Below, piece by piece: positions 56,754 to 64,000 of a stretch of 64,000 nt of DNA. Position 1 is the stretch's first letter; every line of letters begins with the position of its first letter. The notes below the pieces were generated by a model. The model saw only the letters and a list, made by a program, of their open reading frames with translations, did no database searches and was not told the DNA's origin. The translations under genes were made by a program, and so were the position numbers. The DNA lies in IMG/VR virus record IMGVR_UViG_2866048730_000001, positions 1-64,000 of that record. One strand, given 5' to 3'. Source of the DNA: a virus. Lineage: Duplodnaviria; Caudoviricetes.

Positions 56754-57200
56754 TCACGAACCCGCCAGGGCCCGGCCTCGGGCCTTCCACGCGTCCATCA
56801 CCGCCGGGTCGGTGAAGGCGTGCTGGTTGGTGGCCCACAGGCGACGGAGGTCGTCGGTGGTGGCACAAGCTGTGATCTGTTCGAGGAGCGGGTTCTCCGT
56901 CTCCTGGTGGCCTGCCGGGGGCGTGGTGCTCTGGGCGCTCTCGTTCCGCTCATCGCCCTGCGGGACGACGCGGGCGCCAGGGAAGCCCCGCATGACAGTC
57001 GAGGCGCCCTGCGCGAGCTGGTTCGCCTCTGCGACGAGCTCATGGAGAGTCAAGCCAGATACACTCTTACGATCGAAGCCGAAACAGGCGGCGATGTCTT
57101 CCTGGACCTCGGCACTCGGCCCTCGAAACGAGAGCTGCGGGTCTTCCTGCGCTGCTCCGCACTTGATGGTGACGGTGACGGATCGGCCTTCGCCGGTCAC
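56754..57200 (-). CDS. Hypothetical phage protein
   Basis: Paralog of 6424-6861. Confidence 0.7.
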   Translation of the reverse strand: MTGEGRSVTVTIKCGAAQEDPQLSFRGPSAEVQEDIAACFGFDRKSVSGLTLHELVAEANQLAQGASTVMRGFPGARVVPQGDERNESAQSTTPPAGHQETENPLLEQITACATTDDLRRLWATNQHAFTDPAVMDAWKARGRALAGS

Positions 57201-57259
57201 TGATGAACCCCTTCCTTCGATGCGAGAGGTGAACCGCCCCTCGCTCTGGATACACTATA

Positions 57260-58183
57260 TCAATCGTTCGGGCTGAATGGAACCAGCGCATTCTTGATCG
57301 CCCTCGCGCGGCGGACATCCAGCGCCAGGCGCGCGGCGTCCCAGCCGACTCGCAGGTCTGCCCAGTAGAGCGTGCAGCGCGCCTCGCCCGCAGGAAGGTG
57401 GATGATCACGCCCCAGTCCTGATTCACGTTGGGGATGCGCGAGTAGGCCGTCGCGGCGAAGTTCGCCGGCACTTCACGCTTCTTCCATGCCGCCAGCTCT
57501 CCGGCATCTTCGGCATCCACGGGAAACGCCGCGTGGTCGTACAGCTCGCCCCGCGAGTAGACCGCGAGCTGCGAGGACATCTTCAGGGCCCCGTACTGGA
57601 CGCTGCCGGTCTTCAGGTCGCCGATGATCAGTCCGTCGATGAGGCGCCCGTCAGGGCCGGGGCCGGTATATCGGAGCAGCCGGTCGAAGGTCCCTCCGGT
57701 GCCCAGCTCGTCGACCACGACGAACTGTTCCATCGCCACCACATCGAACATCGCGGTGGCGGCCTTGTACGCCGCCATGTCTGCGACATCCGAAGCGGAC
57801 GTGCCGAGCGGTAGCTCTCTCTCCTGGTCCACCAGCTCGGACAGGCTGTGCAGGTGGGTACCCCGCTCCCGCTTCGCGTTGGCTCCGGCGGCGGTTACCG
57901 CCCGCTCGGCGAGCCGGTCGAGGGCCGCCTTCCCTTCGCGAGTCTCGGGGTTCAAGTATTGCAAAGCGGTCAGCAGAGCGGGCTCGCGGGCCGCACCGAG
58001 GAGCGTCATGCGCTTGCCCCAGGCGGTTAGCGCGCTCTTGTCTTCGATGGCATCGATGAAGGTGGTGACCCGCGTGAGCCCGCGCGGCCTACCGCCACCC
58101 CTCGGGATGACGAGCGGGCGCCCCCAGCGGTCACGGGGTACGCCAAGGGCTCGTGCGGGGAGATCGACGAGAGTGATGGGCAA
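57260..58183 (-). CDS. RecB/Cas4-like exonuclease
   Basis: Paralog of 6918-7838; GDLKTG. Confidence 0.8.
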   Translation of the reverse strand: MPITLVDLPARALGVPRDRWGRPLVIPRGGGRPRGLTRVTTFIDAIEDKSALTAWGKRMTLLGAAREPALLTALQYLNPETREGKAALDRLAERAVTAAGANAKRERGTHLHSLSELVDQERELPLGTSASDVADMAAYKAATAMFDVVAMEQFVVVDELGTGGTFDRLLRYTGPGPDGRLIDGLIIGDLKTGSVQYGALKMSSQLAVYSRGELYDHAAFPVDAEDAGELAAWKKREVPANFAATAYSRIPNVNQDWGVIIHLPAGEARCTLYWADLRVGWDAARLALDVRRARAIKNALVPFSPND

Positions 58184-58196
58184 GCGAGCTCCAAGA

Positions 58197-58463
58197 TCAG
58201 GATGTGGACTGTAGGTAGAGGCGGACCGAGTCGTCGGCAAGGAGGACGGGAACGCAGGCGTCCTGGTCCAGCAGGTCGAGGCCGCGGCTCTGGGCAGCCG
58301 CAATGATGCGTCGCAGGTGGCCGGGAGCGTGGTCAGGGCTCACGGTGATGTGGTAGTCCCAGTCGTCGTGGTCTACATGAAGCGTGACCCCAGGAAGGGA
58401 GACGAGCTCGACCGTCCTGATCGCCTCGTCCTCAGTGGCGGCCACCGGCCAGTCGTGTGTCAT
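58197..58463 (-). CDS. Hypothetical protein
   Basis: Paralog of 7842-8165. Confidence 0.6.
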   Translation of the reverse strand: MTHDWPVAATEDEAIRTVELVSLPGVTLHVDHDDWDYHITVSPDHAPGHLRRIIAAAQSRGLDLLDQDACVPVLLADDSVRLYLQSTS

Positions 58464-58758
58464 GCGCTAGCTCCCCTCTCCCCGGACTGGCATCCTCCGC
58501 GCCAGTCGATCGAACATGCGTGCGACACCTCCAGGATCTTGCCTGGTGGTCAACAACGGGTCAACCCTTTCAAACCGTATCCGGAGTCACAGCGTCCACG
58601 TGATCGGATTTCACGACGCGAAATGAGCCTCAATGCGGCGCTGATCTGCGGTTTCCGTCGACCTGGGCAAGATCATTTCGTGAGGTGAAAAGAGGTGCGG
58701 AGGGGTGTCCGCAGCACCCTAGAGTTGATCGCTCCAGCGACACCCACAAGGAATGATC

Positions 58759-59706
58759 ATGCGTGCAATTGTCATAGCCAGACCCGGCGGACCGGAGGTG
58801 CTTCAGGTCCAGGAAGTGCCCGCACCTGCGCCCATCGCCGGGCATCATGTGGTGAAGGTCTCACGGGCTGGGGTGAACTACGCAGACATTCACCTGCGAG
58901 AAAACGGCTACTTGACACCGGTCGAATACCCCGTCACGCCTGGCAATGAAGTCATGGGAACTCTCGCTGATGGCCGCAGGGTGGTTGCACTAAGCCGTGG
59001 TGGCGGATATGCCGAACAGGCCCTTGCGCACCGCGCAGTCACGTGGGAGGTGCCCGATGAAATCAGCGACGAGCAGGCCGTAGCCCTCGCCCTCCAGGGC
59101 CAGTCCGCCTGGCATCTGCTGCACACGGTGCTCCAGCTCGGCAAGGGCGACTCGATTCTCATCCCTGCGGCAGCCGGTGGTGTCGGCTCCCTCGCCGTCC
59201 AGCTCGCCAAGGCTGCCGGTGCCCGCGTGATCGCCATGGCCGGCAGCCCCGAGAAGGCAGACCTTGTCCGCAGCCTGGGCGCGGACGCTGTCCTTGACTC
59301 ATCCACGCATCAGGACCTGACAGCACGCATCCTCGACGCCAACGAGGGCCCTGTCACGCGCGCGCTGGAGATGACTGGCGGCGAGGTGTTCGACGCCACG
59401 CTCGCCGCCCTCGCGCCCCGGGGCCACATGGCCGTCTACGGCTGCGTCTCGGGCGACCAGCGCGAAGCCCCCGTCGCCCAACTCATGCAGGCATCCAAGA
59501 CCGTCTCAGGCTTCTGGCTCCCGAACCTCTACGGGGTCCGGTATGCCTTGCGGGACTCGATGAAGGCCCTGTTCGAGGCCACCGCTCGCGGTGATCTTCG
59601 CCCGGTCATCGGTCCGTGCTACGCGCTCAGCAACGCGGCCCAGGCCCACTCAGATCTCGGAAGCCGCAAGACCACAGGTAAAGTGACGATCAAGACAACT
59701 CGGTAG
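58759..59706 (+). CDS. NADPH:quinone oxidoreductase (MDR family) moron
   Basis: GGPEVL, GVNYAD, AAAGGVG, TTGKV. Confidence 0.88.
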   Translation: MRAIVIARPGGPEVLQVQEVPAPAPIAGHHVVKVSRAGVNYADIHLRENGYLTPVEYPVTPGNEVMGTLADGRRVVALSRGGGYAEQALAHRAVTWEVPDEISDEQAVALALQGQSAWHLLHTVLQLGKGDSILIPAAAGGVGSLAVQLAKAAGARVIAMAGSPEKADLVRSLGADAVLDSSTHQDLTARILDANEGPVTRALEMTGGEVFDATLAALAPRGHMAVYGCVSGDQREAPVAQLMQASKTVSGFWLPNLYGVRYALRDSMKALFEATARGDLRPVIGPCYALSNAAQAHSDLGSRKTTGKVTIKTTR

Positions 59707-59830
59707 TAACAAGTCCGACTCGGTAGTAACCTCTCTGTTCGGTCCGCCTGCGGGGTAGAGCGCGCGAACCAGCCAATTCAGGTTCCCGTCGTGCCGCCGC
59801 GTGCGTGTGCGGCGGACGTTCAGGGAAGTC

Positions 59831-60619
59831 ATGGGCAAAGGAACAGCACACGGAAAGAAAGTCTTCCTGGTTCAGCGTGCATTCGCTGATCTCGAAGGAG
59901 ACAGTCACGGCCCCACGGCCATCGCCAAACAAACGGATCTTGATGCGGCGACCGTATACCGCATCCTCCAGGACGGCTTGGCGGACGGCACCTTCGTGCA
60001 GGAGGCCGGGGGACGGTACCGACTGGGGCCGGGAGCCTTCCGGCTCTCGATGCAGGCCCTGTCGCAGACGCCCGACCCCGAGGCCACGCAGGCGGTTCTC
60101 GACAAGCTCCAGCGGATGACTGGCGGCCTGGTCGCCTACTACGCCGTCGTCGGCGCCCGACGCATCTGCACCGACTACGCGATCGGCGACTTCGACCCGC
60201 GCAGCATCGGCATCGACCCCTTCGAGCTGGTCAAGTACAGCCGTTCCCTGCGCACCGGAGCGTCGGGCAGGGTCATCCTGGCCCACATGCCGCCGCCCAT
60301 CCAGGAGAAGGTTCTCGCCGAATCCGTACCTGAAGGCGTCGGCCCGGGAGTGATCCGGGACAACGAGGCCCTCATCGAGTCCCTCAAGGACATCCGGGCC
60401 ATGGGATTCGCCATCGGACGGCAGGAGTGCATGGCCGGCTGGGATTCGGTGGCCGTACCCGTCATGTGGGGGGACACCATTCACGGCTCCCTCCTGCTGT
60501 GGGTGCACGTCGACAAAATGCCCGAGGACCCGAGCCAGCTTGTAGCCGCAACGATGACCGCTGCCGAAATGCTGAGCCGCTTGGCTTCGATGCCGTGGGC
60601 CCCCGAGTCCGTGGCCTAA
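59831..60619 (+). CDS. IclR-family regulator
   Basis: HTH ATVYRIL, YRLGP, TGASGRVILA, SVAVPV. Confidence 0.85.
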   Translation: MGKGTAHGKKVFLVQRAFADLEGDSHGPTAIAKQTDLDAATVYRILQDGLADGTFVQEAGGRYRLGPGAFRLSMQALSQTPDPEATQAVLDKLQRMTGGLVAYYAVVGARRICTDYAIGDFDPRSIGIDPFELVKYSRSLRTGASGRVILAHMPPPIQEKVLAESVPEGVGPGVIRDNEALIESLKDIRAMGFAIGRQECMAGWDSVAVPVMWGDTIHGSLLLWVHVDKMPEDPSQLVAATMTAAEMLSRLASMPWAPESVA

Positions 60620-60698
60620 CGCGCACGAGCCGCTTCCCTTCGCTTATAAGGAAGCGGCTCGTGGCGGTTTTTGCCTGCCAAGAAACGGTAAAGGCGGG

Positions 60699-61172
60699 CT
60701 AGCTAGCGCTCTTAGTGCGCGTCGACTTGCTGCGCAGGAGTGCGGGATTGTCCGGCACTCGAATGAGATCCGTATCCCGGTCTTCTCGGGGGACGGCGTA
60801 GAAGCCGTCCTTCGTCTCGGGGTCGTAGTAGATGACGAGCTTGTCCTCTTCGAGCCACTTCTTCCAGCTCGCCAACTTGGAGGCTTCCTCGTCGTTCAGC
60901 TTTTCCCCGGCCCGCTGGCGAGCTTCACAGCGCAGCATGACGAGGTTGTAGTTCCAGCGGTGCTCCTTCGCGATCTTCCACGGAATGAGATCGGTATCGC
61001 GAACAAGCCGGAGCGGGAGATCCGCGCGATTGGCATACGTGGCCCAGTACCCGGGAGAAGTCTTGATGTTGTACTTCTCCTGGTACGTCTTGACCATCCA
61101 GGCGTACGACTTGCCTTCAAGGAGCCAGCGCTTGGCTTCGTCGTGATTCTGTACTTTGCTCCTCGGCGGCAT
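60699..61172 (-). CDS. Immunity repressor (prophage 2)
   Basis: Paralog of 8348-8803; LIPW, YYDPETKDGFY.VPRE. Confidence 0.8.
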   Translation of the reverse strand: MPPRSKVQNHDEAKRWLLEGKSYAWMVKTYQEKYNIKTSPGYWATYANRADLPLRLVRDTDLIPWKIAKEHRWNYNLVMLRCEARQRAGEKLNDEEASKLASWKKWLEEDKLVIYYDPETKDGFYAVPREDRDTDLIRVPDNPALLRSKSTRTKSAS

Positions 61173-61279
61173 GTGTAGCCCTTCCTCGCGTTCGTCCTCC
61201 CTTATGCGTGACACCCTGTGGTCGCAAGGCGCACAGCCCAACAGTGACATGTAAGAGTTGAACCAGTCAAGACGATCGA

Positions 61280-61642
61280 GTGGAGGCAATGGTTGTGGGA
61301 GATGGAACAACTACTGTCTGTGGTGTTTGTCGCCGTCCCGGTCTGCCAGTAGTCAGGTACACCATTACAGCGGAGGACGGCCGTGAGGGCGAGGTCGACC
61401 GCTGCGCCGATCACGCCGAACCTTTCGAGACCGCGCTGACCCAGGCCGATCGGCGGTCGACGAGCCGGGCCCGCAGGCGCACCACAGTGACGACCGTCGA
61501 GGAGATCAACAGGACGAAGGCGTCCGAGTCGGCACCCGCACCGCAGCCCCAGAAGTCCGGCAGCGGCTCCCGCAAGCGCAGGCGTACCACGGTGACGACC
61601 GTCGAGGAGATCAACCGCTCCAAGGAAGCCGACAAGGCGTGA
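61280..61642 (+). CDS. Lsr2-like DNA-binding protein with duplicated RRRTTVTTVEEINR
   Basis: Syntenic with 8919-9245; CxxC...DRCADH. Confidence 0.6.
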   Translation: MEAMVVGDGTTTVCGVCRRPGLPVVRYTITAEDGREGEVDRCADHAEPFETALTQADRRSTSRARRRTTVTTVEEINRTKASESAPAPQPQKSGSGSRKRRRTTVTTVEEINRSKEADKA

Positions 61643-61691
61643 AACGCAGTGAAGCCCCCCGCTGACCACATGGGCCGGCGGGGGGCTGGGG

Positions 61692-61919
61692 TTACTGCGA
61701 CTCCTCCGGGGAGTCGTCCTCGCTCGGGGCAACCACGCCGAGCGCCGTGAGGATCTGGACGATGACGGCCACCTCCGGACTGTCGGCGTAGACGATGGCG
61801 GCGATGGACACCGCGACACCCACCGCGGACAGCACCGCACCGACGCGTGTGCGGTAGCGGACAGGCAGCAGGCTCACCAGCGAGATGGGCTTGGAACCGG
61901 GCATCAGCATCTTGCTCAT
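61692..61919 (-). CDS. Holin-like protein
   Basis: Paralog of 9296-9514. Confidence 0.7.
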   Translation of the reverse strand: MSKMLMPGSKPISLVSLLPVRYRTRVGAVLSAVGVAVSIAAIVYADSPEVAVIVQILTALGVVAPSEDDSPEESQ

Positions 61920-62686
61920 CAGCGACCCGCCGGAGCCATCAGGCGAGTCCAGGTCGACGGGCCCGGATAGCCGTCCGCCTCCGAACCGCTCCAGCCCTGT
62001 GCCCGCTGGAACGCCTCGGTCGCCTTGCGGTCGGCCTCGGTGAAGCGGGGGCCCGGACCCTCGGAGTAGAAGCGGCCGAGGCCGTGCGCGACGAGTCGCT
62101 TGCCCAGGGTGGTCACGGCGGGGTGGGACTGGCCGAGACGGAATGCCTGCCGGCCGGGGAACGGGGTGCTGTCTCCCCTGTCCTTGCTGCTCTTCCATGC
62201 CGGGTCCGCAGAGTCGATACCCTCGGCGAAAGCCGGATAGCCGTAGCCATACACGTACGAGCTGCGGCGCTCGCGCTTCTTCAGGTACACGCCATCGCCC
62301 TCGGCCGAGCCGTCCGCGTTGGTGTTGCCCTCGACGGTGTAGATGTACGTGGAGTCGTAGGCGTACACGATGCCGGTGTGGGTGCCGCCGCCCGATCCGT
62401 AGAAGACCTGGGCGCCAACTGCCGGATAGGCACTCCAGCGGTTACGGCTCTTGAACCACTCGACCCCCGTCGCGCACGACGCGGTACGCGGGTAGAGGCT
62501 GGCGAGTCCGGCCTTCATGGCGACCCAGGAGGCGAACACGGCGCACCAAGCCTGATTCTGGCTCCACTCCAGGCCGGGGACGGCCGGGCTGTACTTCTGC
62601 CAGTTGGTCCAGTGCCCGTTGGATCGGCCCTCGTGGTAGCCGACCTCGGCCTTGGCGATGTTGATGATGGTCTGGGCGTTGCCCAA
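61919..62686 (-). CDS. Endolysin: CHAP domain plus peptidoglycan-binding domain
   Basis: AWCAVFASW, HTGIV, TVEGNT; FQRAQGW...ADGYPG. Confidence 0.85.
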   Translation of the reverse strand: MGNAQTIINIAKAEVGYHEGRSNGHWTNWQKYSPAVPGLEWSQNQAWCAVFASWVAMKAGLASLYPRTASCATGVEWFKSRNRWSAYPAVGAQVFYGSGGGTHTGIVYAYDSTYIYTVEGNTNADGSAEGDGVYLKKRERRSSYVYGYGYPAFAEGIDSADPAWKSSKDRGDSTPFPGRQAFRLGQSHPAVTTLGKRLVAHGLGRFYSEGPGPRFTEADRKATEAFQRAQGWSGSEADGYPGPSTWTRLMAPAGR

Positions 62687-62762
62687 GTGACTTACTCCTT
62701 CGAGACATGGCGAAGGCCCCGTCCGGAGGACCGGAACGGGGCCAATAGGCAGCGGATTTGGC

Positions 62763-63116
62763 TCAGTTGGGGTTGGGGACAGAAGCCGTTATGTGCGAAT
62801 CGAGTCGCTCGGCGACTGCGAGGCGTTCTGCCCTCTCGTGGGCAAGGTCTGTGCGCAGGGCAGTGATGTCCCGGCTGTGTTGGGCCTGGCCGTCGAGGAC
62901 GCGATCGAGTCCCTGAATCACGCGGTCCACGTCATCACGGAGATTCGTGGTGTGGTCGTTGGAGACCTGCTCGCGCGCCTCCTGGGCATGCTCGCGCACC
63001 TCGGCCAGCGCAGTGCCCTGCCTCCGTACGAGCTCGACGAGGACGCCGACGAGGGCAGCGACGACGGCGCCGGCAGCCGAGACGAGAGCCACCTGCACAG
63101 AGGGCTCAAGCTGCAC
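62763..63116 (-). CDS. DUF2746-like membrane protein
   Basis: Paralog of 10360-10701. Confidence 0.7.
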   Translation of the reverse strand: MQLEPSVQVALVSAAGAVVAALVGVLVELVRRQGTALAEVREHAQEAREQVSNDHTTNLRDDVDRVIQGLDRVLDGQAQHSRDITALRTDLAHERAERLAVAERLDSHITASVPNPN

Positions 63117-64000
63117 GGGCAAGCTCCTCGACGAGGGCCTCCAGGCGCTCGATTCGCTTGGCCTGGTCCTGCACGACCGGCAGCAGGGCGACGCCGAGCA
63201 GGTCGTAGCGGAGGGCGTCGATGCGTCCCTCCTCGTCGTACGTGACGATTTCGGGAAGTGTCGCTGCGACCTCTTCGGCGATGAGGCCGTACTCGTCCTT
63301 GCGTGACTGCGGCTTGCCCTCGGTCGGCTTCCGGTCGTAGATGCGGGGCCGCAAGGCGAGGACGGCGGCAGGGTCGATCTCGATGTCCCGGACGTTTTCC
63401 TTGTAGCGGATGGAGGACGTGTTCCGGCAGAACGTCCCGTCGCCCTCGACCCACACCGCGTACCAAGTGCCGGAACCGCTCGCGCTGTTGTTGTGCGGCA
63501 TCTTCGAGCCGTTGGCCCAGGAGATCGTGCTGCCGGAGGTGAGGTACTCACCGTGCGAGTGCCCTGACGGCGGGTAGGACCCGGGCTTGTCGGAGATCTG
63601 TCCCCATGAATGGCCGTGGGACGTCGGGGGGAAGTACGACGGCTTGCCGACGACGCTGTCCCAATTGTGAGAGTGCTCAGCCGCCGGGAAGGCTGTCGGC
63701 TTCTCGGTGATCTCCCCCCACGCGTGCGAGTGCACAGACGGCCAGAACGAAGAGGGCTTGCCCGTGAGGGACGCCCACGAGACGGTCGGTGCCAGATCGG
63801 CCCAGGTCGAGCCATCCCACCACTCCCACCGAGCCAAGGAGTTGTTGAAGCCGAGCTGCCCCTTGCGCGGAGAGGACGGGCGGGTGGACGTGGCCCAGAC
63901 GCCGACCCGGTGGCCGACAACGGGACGCGTCGCCGAGACATCTGCACTCGTGATCGTCGTGACGTTGGCAGCCACGGTGACGTTCGCGAGCGCCATCTCG
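63106..64000 (-). CDS. Tail fibre with S74-like chaperone (5' end outside window)
   Basis: HSH.W..I..KP repeats; SSIRYKENV, GLIAEEV. Confidence 0.8.
   Translation of the reverse strand, partial: EMALANVTVAANVTTITSADVSATRPVVGHRVGVWATSTRPSSPRKGQLGFNNSLARWEWWDGSTWADLAPTVSWASLTGKPSSFWPSVHSHAWGEITEKPTAFPAAEHSHNWDSVVGKPSYFPPTSHGHSWGQISDKPGSYPPSGHSHGEYLTSGSTISWANGSKMPHNNSASGSGTWYAVWVEGDGTFCRNTSSIRYKENVRDIEIDPAAVLALRPRIYDRKPTEGKPQSRKDEYGLIAEEVAATLPEIVTYDEEGRIDALRYDLLGVALLPVVQDQAKRIERLEALVEELARAA

Larger units (their letters stand above)
44551..64000. mobile_element. Prophage 2, related to prophage 1; continues beyond window
   Basis: Syntenic paralogs of prophage 1 genes 75-11962; left boundary inferred. 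Confidence 0.85.

Noticed and set aside
51173-64000. Second phage copy as an assembly duplication
   Set aside because: Substantial divergence, different gene content and a different lysin indicate a distinct prophage

Overview
High-GC actinobacterial DNA (Streptomyces-like) holding two related temperate siphoviral prophages in tandem. Prophage 1 (<1 to ~44550) is nearly complete. It carries replication genes, an L5 gp71-like repressor, lysis, tail and head genes, a terminase broken by a 7-bp insertion, a plasmid-like Rep/DUF2637 module, an early operon (ArdA, C5 methylase, dNMP kinase, Xis) and a tyrosine integrase. Prophage 2 (~44551 to >64000) starts at an attP-like junction. It carries a DapF/Ddl/C39/MurF-C cargo operon, an XRE-DUF5753 module, a paralogous replication arm, a quinone-reductase/IclR moron, a repressor and lysis/tail-fibre genes. 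The most striking unannotated system is in the prophage 1 early transcript. An operator-overlapped promoter (32225-32253) is followed by a ~940-nt highly structured non-coding leader. Six complete type II hammerhead ribozymes then sit in intergenic gaps between a stop codon and the next RBS, and are predicted to cut the polycistron into cassettes. Other notable features are a transcription-oriented stoperator-like motif shared by both prophages, a naturally split sigma factor and an overlapping split primase. All calls come from reading motifs by eye; no searches or folding programs were run.
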